A DNA stretch of 24,489 bases from a virus. Taxonomy: Duplodnaviria > Heunggongvirae > Uroviricota > Caudoviricetes. Shown here piece by piece: positions 9,197 through 17,000 of this stretch (the stretch's first letter is position 1; each line of letters begins with the position of its first letter). The notes beneath the pieces are model-generated. The model saw only the letters and a list, made by a program, of their open reading frames with translations. It did no database searches and was not told the origin of the DNA. The stretch lies in IMG/VR virus record IMGVR_UViG_2778261570_000027; one strand, given 5' to 3'. The translations under genes were made by a program, and so were the position numbers.

Positions 9197-9430
9197 ATGC
9201 GCATTGAAATAATGATCGATAAAGAGCAGAAGATTAGCCAGTCTACCCTGGACGCCCTTGAATCCGAGCTTTACCGCAATCTGCGCCCCCTGTATCCCAA
9301 AACGGTAATTCGCATTCGCAAAGGTAGCTCTAACGGTGTGGAACTGACCGGACTGCAACTGGACGAAGAAAGGAAGCAAGTGATGAAAATTATGCAGAAG
9401 GTGTGGGAAGACGACAGCTGGCTGCATTAA
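9197..9430 (+). CDS. DinI-family protein (77 aa)
   Basis: MRIEIMIDKEQ... aligns by eye with E. coli DinI (MRIEVTIAKT...), including a Trp-containing acidic motif (WEDDSW) near the C-terminus. ATG 9197 lies 10 nt after the previous stop and is under the LexA box. Confidence 0.7.
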   Translation: MRIEIMIDKEQKISQSTLDALESELYRNLRPLYPKTVIRIRKGSSNGVELTGLQLDEERKQVMKIMQKVWEDDSWLH

Positions 9431-9717
9431 GAAACGTTGCCCCCAAGAGGATTCATTCTGATGGGGGACTATTTTGGGCAACGAGTGAAACGAGGCGTTA
9501 GGTGGACGGCCATTTTGATAAGTGATCGTCCGCTTTTTGTTCTGAGTTCAAGCGATGGATTTAACACACTGGTTGAAGCAGAAGTATCTAAGTTCAATTT
9601 ATATTATTTGAAGGGCACTGGTCTGATGTAGTACGATTTTTGCCGGAGATGGCATGTTCTATATTGATCTCATCCATATAATGATTGGTATTATTAGCTT
9701 AGTTTAAAGAGGATTGA

Positions 9718-11295
9718 ATGGATATCAACTATGTTGTTTCAAAAATGGGGTTCGTAGATGATCTTATTAATGCAGGTTCATTTGATTCTGCCTATAAAAA
9801 TGTAAAGGATATTCTTAACGGTACCGATGAGATAAATACAATCAAAGAAAATAGAATAATTATATTATCTAATTTGGCCGGAAATCTTATTGATATCGGA
9901 AGTTTTAGTAATGTAAAAAATATAGCGGAGGAAGGCTTAAATATCTTTATAAACAATAAAAATGAATTTCTGACTATAATGAAAGAATCCTTATATTACT
10001 ATAACTTGGCAAATGGAATGAGCGCAGTTCTTGATTTTAATCCTAATGACAATGCAGATATTGATAGTTTCATTAAGCTGAATGATGTAAAAAATAATTA
10101 CTGGAAAGCGTTTAAACTTTCACAAGAAGATGGATGGGTGCCCCCTGATTTAATAGTTAATCTAGCTAATGTATTAAAAAAACAATATCGTATATCTGAA
10201 TCAATGGATTATTATGAACAAGCAATATCTATTGATAACTCAATTCCTCAGGCGTGGGTAAACAGATCTGAGGCATTAGAATTGCTTAATGAATTATCTA
10301 CAACATATACATATAAAATGATTAAAGAAGTTATTCGAGGTTATGAGTGTGCAATAAAGTCAGGGAAATGTTTTCCTTCATGGAAGGTTGCTCTTCAAAG
10401 AAAAATAAAGTACAACGAAAGTATATTGAGTGAATCATGTGTATATGGCATAGAGGATATAAGTACAGATGAAAGGCTCACGCAGGAGGAGTATGATACT
10501 TTATCAAACTACCAGAGGTTTTGTATAGATAATAATCTAATGTTGTCTGATCATTCGCTATATTGCAATTGTTATGCGTCATCTAAAGATAATATAACTA
10601 TTGCTACCACCGAGGAAGGTGTGTTTGGTGATTTTATAGTGCCAATGGAAATGGTGTTAAATAGACTTAAAGCTGAGTATTCCTTAGCACGAAAAATGTT
10701 TTTTGAATATAAGGTTGATAGTGAGTTTTTTGATGAGGATTCGGAGGTATGTTATTCTGAATTGTATAATGGAGAAATATTGTATGAAAATGTTGAGAAG
10801 TTAAGGGTTGCATTTAGAGCTTGCTTTGGTATCTTGGATAAAATAGCAGTTGCTCTGTGTCAATTATTTGATTTAAAACCAGATAGAGGACATATATACT
10901 TTCATAACTTCTGGCGGATTAGTGATGAAAAAAGAAAGCTTAAAATAAACAAAATAAATAATAAAGGATTGCTGGGTTTGTTTAGTATTGCTATGGATTT
11001 GAATGATAAAAATGGTGAGCTTGCTTTTTTTAAAGAATGGAGGAATGATTTAGAACATAAACTGTTAGTTATTCACGAGAAAGACATGTTAGTTGATTTA
11101 TATAATTCTTATGGGTTTTTTGATGAGGTGAGGTTTATTGAGAAAGAAAAGTTTGAGAAACAGCTCTTACAACTCATGAAAATTGTGAGATCAGCCGTTA
11201 TTCTTTTTGTGTTTACCATACGTATAGAGGGGAAAAAAAGTATTCCTAAAGATATGTTGACCATTAAAAATACCATCGAGAGAAAAGTATTGTAG
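9718..11295 (+). CDS. Cargo protein (525 aa) with TPR-like N-terminal region and C-terminal Rx4H HEPN-type motif; candidate abortive-infection or defence RNase
   Basis: Uninterrupted 1.58-kb ORF with SD AAAGAGGA (9706-9713) and a perfect TATAAT at 9677-9682. Strikingly AT-rich versus the flanking phage genes. R-N-D-L-E-H at aa 442-447 (nt 11041-11058) fits the HEPN Rx4-6H motif. Sits between gene A/SOS operon and cos, the P2 tin/old position. Confidence 0.7.
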   Translation: MDINYVVSKMGFVDDLINAGSFDSAYKNVKDILNGTDEINTIKENRIIILSNLAGNLIDIGSFSNVKNIAEEGLNIFINNKNEFLTIMKESLYYYNLANGMSAVLDFNPNDNADIDSFIKLNDVKNNYWKAFKLSQEDGWVPPDLIVNLANVLKKQYRISESMDYYEQAISIDNSIPQAWVNRSEALELLNELSTTYTYKMIKEVIRGYECAIKSGKCFPSWKVALQRKIKYNESILSESCVYGIEDISTDERLTQEEYDTLSNYQRFCIDNNLMLSDHSLYCNCYASSKDNITIATTEEGVFGDFIVPMEMVLNRLKAEYSLARKMFFEYKVDSEFFDEDSEVCYSELYNGEILYENVEKLRVAFRACFGILDKIAVALCQLFDLKPDRGHIYFHNFWRISDEKRKLKINKINNKGLLGLFSIAMDLNDKNGELAFFKEWRNDLEHKLLVIHEKDMLVDLYNSYGFFDEVRFIEKEKFEKQLLQLMKIVRSAVILFVFTIRIEGKKSIPKDMLTIKNTIERKVL

Positions 11296-11302
11296 TATAT
11301 TT

Positions 11303-11335
11303 TCATCGAGCGATGAAACGGTCTGTTTTTCTTTA
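11303..11335 (+). terminator. Weak candidate terminator after the 525-aa gene (short hairpin TTCATC-gagc-GATGAA followed by a T-rich tract)
   Basis: Seen by eye only: AT-rich 6-bp stem, then GTCTGTTTTTCTTT. Confidence 0.3.
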
Positions 11336-11617
11336 TAGTTTTGTCATAAAAAAGAGATTTCCTGCTTAAAATTTGGCTATTACAGAGCAACTATGTATGT
11401 TCCTCGCTCACAGTAGAGCTTCATCTTTGTAAGTCTGTATGTTTCGTTTTTCAAGTGGTCATTCAGATACGGACTTTCACTTCTCTTAGACAGTGCATGA
11501 CTATGCTGCATGAAATCGCATGATCGTTTAAGGATCGTTTTTGCTAAGGCTCGCCAGAACTAGCGGGCTTTTACGTAGAACATGCAGGTGCATGAAAACC
11601 ACTACATAAAGCGGGCA

Positions 11618-11636
11618 GGCGTGGCGGGGATACGAG
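11618..11636. other. Candidate cos cohesive-end core (GGCGTGGCGGGGATACGAG)
   Basis: The G-rich 13-mer GGCGTGGCGGGGA matches my recollection of the P2/186 cohesive-end start (GGCG[A/T]GGCGGGGAAAGCA...). It lies in the only long non-coding stretch, between the accessory region and portal gene Q, where cos is expected. Confidence 0.45.
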
Positions 11637-11815
11637 CGCGCGTAACGGGGCGAAAAAGTAATAATCCCGCGTATTGGAGAGATTGATTTGAAGTTTTCGG
11701 GATCGTGTTGCAATATATTGGCACACATTAAATGATGTTGATTTCATTGACTTAATGTGGAAATGGAACTGTGAAACAACATACGTCAGCGATGTTACTT
11801 TCAAAAGGATAGACA

Positions 11816-12109
11816 ATGAAAACCATATACAACTATGACTTTCAATACTTACGTAAAGGGGATACGCGACCTCTTGATGATGGAGAGATTGTAAGATGTT
11901 CTTCGGAAGACAATCCACTCCTGATGCTTCCGAATGTTGGGGATTATGTCGACATTACCAACAATAAAGACCGTGAGTCGTTTGGTGGGAAAGTGAAATC
12001 AAGGTTATTCAGATATACTCGAGTAAGTGAAGACCATGTTATTTGCAACATCAATATTGTTGTTGAAGAGGTTGAAGACTCGGTATGGGGCACACTTGTT
12101 AAAGAGTAA
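11816..12109 (+). CDS. Hypothetical 97-aa moron protein between cos and Q
   Basis: ATG 11816 with SD AAAGGA 5-6 nt upstream, followed immediately by a strong hairpin terminator. Lower GC than the late genes. No domain recognised. Confidence 0.5.
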   Translation: MKTIYNYDFQYLRKGDTRPLDDGEIVRCSSEDNPLLMLPNVGDYVDITNNKDRESFGGKVKSRLFRYTRVSEDHVICNINIVVEEVEDSVWGTLVKE

Positions 12110-12111
12110 AC

Positions 12112-12137
12112 AAAGCGCCTGCAGTAGCAGGCGCTTT
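12112..12137. terminator. Bidirectional rho-independent terminator (AAAGCGCCTGC-agta-GCAGGCGCTTT)
   Basis: Perfect 11-bp inverted repeat with a 4-nt loop and T-rich flanks on both strands. Lies between the convergent 97-aa ORF (+) and Q (-). Confidence 0.7.
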
Positions 12138-12154
12138 CTGAGCCTAATCTATAT

Positions 12155-13183
12155 CTAATACATATAAGGTTCGAAGCGAATTATTTCTTCGCCCAGCCAG
12201 TCGTTAAGCTCCTGCAGTCGCTTCTGTAACGGCATCAGTTCGTTGCGGACAAAGACGCGGCTGGCTTTTTCAACATCACCAAATCCCCCAACATTACTCG
12301 GCATGATTCCCATCATTTGTGGCGGTACACGGTGCGCAGCCATCATGTCATCGCGGCTGACATTTTTGATATTCAGAAACTCATCCTTCGCCGCGACTTC
12401 TGACAACGGGATGATCTGAAGCCCGTCCTTTTTGCCGTTAGGCGAGTACATGAACAGATTGCGGAAGTTACCTGGTCCTTTGGCACTTTTCATCGCATTG
12501 CGAAGGTTGTTCACGTCCTCCTGGTTCTGCGCGGCATCGGTCATGTACATGATGAAGCCTGCATGACTGCCGTTAATGTAATACTTACGGCGGAACAGCG
12601 TGGCGGACTCGTTGAGCAGGGCTGACGGAATGGCAGAAAGATAACCTGGCAGGCCGTAGATCTCCTGGTTGATGTCCGGTTCCATCAGATGAAAAATGCT
12701 GCCTTTCGTGAACTGATACGGCTGGGTTGTCATACCGTATTGCACAAACCAGTAGGTATCCAGGTCTAACCCGCGTCGGGTGTATTTTGCCAGAGCAGGC
12801 TCAAGGGCGATAACTTCACCGAAACGGTTCGTGCGTTTCTCCAGGTAGGCGTTACCAAAAACCAGATAGTCCTGTACAAAACGCGAAAAAGCCTGCTGGC
12901 TGAGCAGCGGGTGAGGGATGTAGGTGCTGGTCAGAATGTTGCACTTCACTGCAATCGGTGAGCTGTGATGCACGGCGGCGCGGAAAGTTCGCGCCAGTCC
13001 GTCGAAACTCACAGGCGGCTCATACCAACGATCCATCTGTACGCATTCCACATAGTCCAGCAGTTCGCGGCGGTCCAGAACAGGAACGGGATCACCGAAG
13101 CTGAATGCTTCGGCTGAAGTCTGGCCTTTATGCTGGATCTGTTTCGTCGACGCAGCGCGGTTCTTCTTACTCTTTCCCATCAA
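12155..13183 (-). CDS. Q: Portal protein, P2 gpQ homologue (342 aa)
   Basis: Size and position (last gene of the leftward P-Q operon, next to cos) match P2 Q (344 aa). Start overlaps the P stop. Confidence 0.85.
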   Translation of the reverse strand: MMGKSKKNRAASTKQIQHKGQTSAEAFSFGDPVPVLDRRELLDYVECVQMDRWYEPPVSFDGLARTFRAAVHHSSPIAVKCNILTSTYIPHPLLSQQAFSRFVQDYLVFGNAYLEKRTNRFGEVIALEPALAKYTRRGLDLDTYWFVQYGMTTQPYQFTKGSIFHLMEPDINQEIYGLPGYLSAIPSALLNESATLFRRKYYINGSHAGFIMYMTDAAQNQEDVNNLRNAMKSAKGPGNFRNLFMYSPNGKKDGLQIIPLSEVAAKDEFLNIKNVSRDDMMAAHRVPPQMMGIMPSNVGGFGDVEKASRVFVRNELMPLQKRLQELNDWLGEEIIRFEPYMY

Positions 13184-14946
13184 AAAATCTCCACAATATT
13201 GCTGGTATTGGCGGACTCGCCCTGCAGTGGTTCGTTAAACAGTGCGTGCATTGTTGCCCAGGCCAGATCGGCATGGCTGGCTTCTTCGCTGCGGCTGGCT
13301 TCATAGGTCGGGCGGTTGCCACTGGCAGTGGTAGCGCGACGGATTGCCATAAATGACTGCGCAATGTCGGTGTGCCCGGCGTCAAACTCCAGACGGCGGT
13401 GGCTGATAATGTCGTAGGCCTTGAGTACCAGGGCGTTTTTAACGTTGGGGTTGTAGACAAACTCCCGGACGGCAGGAAAGAACGCTTTCACGTTCTCGTA
13501 AACCCCGTGACCAACGCCGGTTGAGTCGATTCCGATATAAGTCACGTTGTACTGTTCGGTAAGTTTTTTGATGGCGTCAGCCTGGGCGCGGAAGTCCATC
13601 CCGCGCCACTGGTGACGCTCAAGAATGCGGAACTTACCACCCGGCACGGCTGGCGGTGCCACCACTACGCATCCGGCGCTGTCGCCGTTTTGCGTACCTT
13701 TTGCCGGGTCATAACCGATCCACACTTCGCGCCAGCCAAACGGGCGCAGCGCCAGTGCATGAAAGTCGGTCCAGACTTCCCAACTGTCCACCATGCACGC
13801 CTGCAGCTCGCTGAGCGGAAACACGGACGCGAGATCGTCCACAAACTCGCACATCAGCAGGTTCTGGTATTCGTCTGGGCTGTACTCCATGCGTAGCTGG
13901 TCGAGGTCGAACAGGTTACAGCCGCCGCGCACCGCATCTTCCACGGTGACTATCTGGCGGTATTGCCCGTCTGCGCACAGCAGGCCGGGGGCCAGATTGC
14001 TGTGGGACAGGTCGATGTCCACCTTATCGGTTTTGTTGCGCCCACGGTTAAACAGCGCACCGGACCAGAACGGATAAGCACTGTGTGTCAGGCTGGATGG
14101 CGTGGAAAAATAGGTTTGTCGCCATTTTTTGTGAATAGCCATACCGGAAGCCACCTTGCGCAGCTCCTGGAATTTCGGTATCCAGAAATATTCATCCAGA
14201 TACAGGTTGCCGTGGTAACTCTGGGCCGTGCGGGCATTGGTGCCGAGGAAGTAAAGCGTGGCCCCGTTGGGAAGCACCATCGGATCGCCTTTCAGCTCCA
14301 CCTCCACTTCTTTGGCGAAGTCGATGATGTACTGTTTAAAGACGTGGGCCTGTGCCTTACTGGCGGAAAGGAAAATCTGGTTACGTCCGGTAAGCAGGGC
14401 GTCAATCAGGGCTTCACGGGCAAAGTAAAAGGTCGCGCCGATCTGGCGTGACTTCAGCAGGTTGCGGATGCGGTTGGTTTTTCCGGCTTCCCACCAGTGG
14501 CGCTGGTAGTTGAACATGGAGGAATGGAAGATTTCTTCCAGCTTCTCAATCTGTTCATCGGTGAAAACGTTCTTTTCCGGCTGACGACGCGGGCCTTTGT
14601 TGCGGTTGGCGACGTTAGGGTTTAAGTCGGCTTCGTTGCCGCCATTGTTAAACTTGCCGATCCGCGCGTGGCGCTCCGACTGGCGCGCCAGCAGGTCAAT
14701 CTCTTTGAAATCTTTCCCTTCTTTGTGCTCCTTCATAATGAGCTGGCAGTAGCGTGCGGCGGTGGTGAGCTGCATCTGATCCAGCGGCCCATAGTCACCC
14801 CACTTGTCGCGTTTTTTCCAGCTGTGAACGGTTGCAACTTTCTCGCCCAGCATTTCAGCAATGCGGGCTACGCGGTATCCCTGAAAGTACAGCAGCATGG
14901 CCTGCCGACGGGGATCGAGATCTGCGGGTGTCAGTGTGGTGTTCAT
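13180..14946 (-). CDS. P: Terminase large (ATPase) subunit, P2 gpP homologue (588 aa)
   Basis: Size matches P2 P (590 aa). Divergent from O across a short late-promoter region, as in P2. Confidence 0.85.
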   Translation of the reverse strand: MNTTLTPADLDPRRQAMLLYFQGYRVARIAEMLGEKVATVHSWKKRDKWGDYGPLDQMQLTTAARYCQLIMKEHKEGKDFKEIDLLARQSERHARIGKFNNGGNEADLNPNVANRNKGPRRQPEKNVFTDEQIEKLEEIFHSSMFNYQRHWWEAGKTNRIRNLLKSRQIGATFYFAREALIDALLTGRNQIFLSASKAQAHVFKQYIIDFAKEVEVELKGDPMVLPNGATLYFLGTNARTAQSYHGNLYLDEYFWIPKFQELRKVASGMAIHKKWRQTYFSTPSSLTHSAYPFWSGALFNRGRNKTDKVDIDLSHSNLAPGLLCADGQYRQIVTVEDAVRGGCNLFDLDQLRMEYSPDEYQNLLMCEFVDDLASVFPLSELQACMVDSWEVWTDFHALALRPFGWREVWIGYDPAKGTQNGDSAGCVVVAPPAVPGGKFRILERHQWRGMDFRAQADAIKKLTEQYNVTYIGIDSTGVGHGVYENVKAFFPAVREFVYNPNVKNALVLKAYDIISHRRLEFDAGHTDIAQSFMAIRRATTASGNRPTYEASRSEEASHADLAWATMHALFNEPLQGESANTSNIVEIF

Positions 14947-14992
14947 GGAACAAACCTACAGCCTTGAATGAAGGCTTTCCCCGCCTGCGGTT

Positions 14993-15010
14993 TGTGTGGT
15001 TGTCGGTACA
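14993..15010. promoter_or_regulatory. P2-type late-promoter activator site TGT-N12-ACA (TGTGTGGTTGTCGGTACA) in the P/O divergent region
   Basis: Exact TGT-N12-ACA spacing, about 80 nt upstream of the O start codon. This is the conserved Ogr/B/Delta-dependent element of P2/186/P4 late promoters, which is centred near -55. Confidence 0.5.
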
Positions 15011-15088
15011 AATACCGCTCATTGTTTCACTGCCCCCATCACCGCAACCATAAGGCTCCAGTAAGTTTTTTCTAACGGAGCACGGCTC

Positions 15089-15922
15089 ATGACAGTGAAA
15101 GCAAAGCGTTTTCGCATCGGGGTGGAAGGTGCCACCACCGACGGACGCGAAATCCAGCGTGAATGGCTGGAACAGATGGCAGCCAGCTACAACCCGGCGG
15201 TGTATACCGCGCTGATTAACCTTGAGCACATCAAGTCTTATCTGCCGGACAGCACCTTTAACCGCTACGGCAAGGTGACGGCGCTGTTTGCTGAAGAAAT
15301 CACGGAAGGTCCGCTGGCAGGCAAGATGGCGCTGTATGCCGACGTTGAGCCAACGGAGTCCCTGGTGGAACTGGTGAAAAAAGGCCAGAAATTATTCACC
15401 TCTATGGAAGTCAGCCCGAAGTTCGCTGATACGGGCAAAGCCTACCTGGTCGGTCTGGCTGCCACTGATGACCCTGCCAGTCTGGGTACGGAAATGCTGA
15501 CATTCAGCGCCAGTGCAGCCCATAACCCGCTGGCAAACCGCAAGCAGAATCCTGCCAATCTCTTTACCGCTGCAGAGGAAACGGTGATCGAACTGGAAGA
15601 AATCCAGGACGACAAACCGTCCCTGTTTGCCCGCGTCACGGCGCTGTTTACCAAAAAAGAGCAGTCCGATGACGCCCGGTTCTCTGATGTGCATAAGGCC
15701 GTGGAGCTGGTCGCCACTGAGCAGCAGAACCTGAGCGCACACACCGAAAAATCCCTGTCTGAGCAGGAAGAACGTCTGTCTGAGCTGGAGACTGCCCTGC
15801 AGGCACAGCAGACCGCCTTTAACGAACTGGTGGACAAGCTGAGTCATGAAGACAGCCGCCAGGACTACCGCCAGCGTGCAACAGGCGGTAACGCCCCCGC
15901 TGACACTCTGACCAATTGCTGA
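15089..15922 (+). CDS. O: Capsid scaffolding protein, P2 gpO homologue (277 aa)
   Basis: N-terminus FRIGVEGATTDGREIQ... and the C-terminal SDDAR..DVH and ATGG...TNC motifs match my recollection of P2 O. First gene of the rightward late operon, with GGAG SD. Confidence 0.85.
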   Translation: MTVKAKRFRIGVEGATTDGREIQREWLEQMAASYNPAVYTALINLEHIKSYLPDSTFNRYGKVTALFAEEITEGPLAGKMALYADVEPTESLVELVKKGQKLFTSMEVSPKFADTGKAYLVGLAATDDPASLGTEMLTFSASAAHNPLANRKQNPANLFTAAEETVIELEEIQDDKPSLFARVTALFTKKEQSDDARFSDVHKAVELVATEQQNLSAHTEKSLSEQEERLSELETALQAQQTAFNELVDKLSHEDSRQDYRQRATGGNAPADTLTNC

Positions 15923-15938
15923 TGGAGCACAAAACCCG

Positions 15939-16997
15939 ATGAAGAAGAATACCCGCTTTGCTTTTAACGCTTACCTGCAGCAGCTGGCGCGTCTGAATGG
16001 TGTGGCAGTTGAAGAACTGTCCAGCAAATTCACTGTGGAGCCGTCTGTGCAGCAGACGCTGGAAGACCAGATCCAGCAGTCCGCCGCTTTCCTGACGCTG
16101 ATTAACGTCACGCCAGTGACTGAGCAGTCCGGTCAGCTGCTGGGGCTGGGTGTTGGCAGCACCATTGCCGGAACCACTGACACCACTGCGAAAGAGCGTG
16201 AACCTGTCGATCCGACGCTGATGGTCGATGTGGAATATAAATGCGAGCAGACCAACTTTGACACGGTGCTGACCTACGCGAAGCTGGACCTGTGGGCGAA
16301 GTTTCAGGATTTCCAGGTGCGTATCCGTGACGCCATCGTGAAACGTCAGGCACTGGACCGCATCATGATCGGCTTTAACGGCGTGAAGCGTGCGAAAACC
16401 TCCAACCGTAGTGAAAACCCGCTGCTGCAGGATGTGAACAAAGGCTGGCTGCAGAAAATCCGTGAGGATGCACCGGATCACGTCATGGGCAGCACCACCA
16501 CGGGCGGCGAAACCACACCGGGTGCGGTGAAAGTCGGGAAAGGTGGCGAATATGCCAACCTGGACGCTGTGGTGATGGATGCGGTCAATGAGCTTATCGA
16601 CGTGGTCTACCAGGACGACGACGATCTGGTGGTGATTTGCGGTCGTGAACTGCTGTCTGACAAGTATTTCCCGCTGGTCAACAAAGAGCAGGAAAACAGT
16701 GAAAAACTGGCAGCCGATATGATTATCAGTCAGAAACGCATGGGCGGTCTGCAGGCCGTGCGTGCGCCGTTCTTCCCGCCGAATGCGCTGCTGATCACCC
16801 GTCTGGATAACTTGTCCATCTACTGGCAGGAAGACACCCGCCGCCGTTCAGTTATCGACAACCCGAAACGTGACCGGATTGAAAACTTTGAATCTGTTAA
16901 CGAAGCCTATGTGGTTGAGGACTACCGCTGCGCTGCACTGGTGGAAAACATCCAGATTGGCGATTTCAGCGCCGCCGCAGCAGAAGCCGGAGCGTAA
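15939..16997 (+). CDS. N: Major capsid protein, P2 gpN homologue (352 aa)
   Basis: Size (P2 N is 357 aa) and position between O and M. Confidence 0.85.
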   Translation: MKKNTRFAFNAYLQQLARLNGVAVEELSSKFTVEPSVQQTLEDQIQQSAAFLTLINVTPVTEQSGQLLGLGVGSTIAGTTDTTAKEREPVDPTLMVDVEYKCEQTNFDTVLTYAKLDLWAKFQDFQVRIRDAIVKRQALDRIMIGFNGVKRAKTSNRSENPLLQDVNKGWLQKIREDAPDHVMGSTTTGGETTPGAVKVGKGGEYANLDAVVMDAVNELIDVVYQDDDDLVVICGRELLSDKYFPLVNKEQENSEKLAADMIISQKRMGGLQAVRAPFFPPNALLITRLDNLSIYWQEDTRRRSVIDNPKRDRIENFESVNEAYVVEDYRCAALVENIQIGDFSAAAAEAGA

Positions 16998-17000
16998 CCC

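Noticed and set aside
9437-9631. 64-aa ORF between the DinI-like gene and the 525-aa cargo gene
   Set aside because: It overlaps the inverted-repeat structure, has a mixed-composition translation with no recognisable features and uncertain start. It could be a real tiny gene, but the sequence alone does not support it.
11109-11918. Minus-strand ORFs across the cos region (11109-11390, 11528-11728, 11571-11918)
   Set aside because: They run through the putative cos core and intergenic repeats without SDs and overlap each other; most likely non-coding.
15819-16481. 220-aa minus-strand ORF (and similar ones at 15392-15847, 16848-17330, 17563-18015, 20166-20767, 20787-21212, 22291-22677, 22871-23398)
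   Set aside because: All lie antisense to, or out of frame within, well-supported P2-like late genes. Long open frames of this kind are expected in GC-rich coding DNA, and none has a convincing SD or recognisable product.
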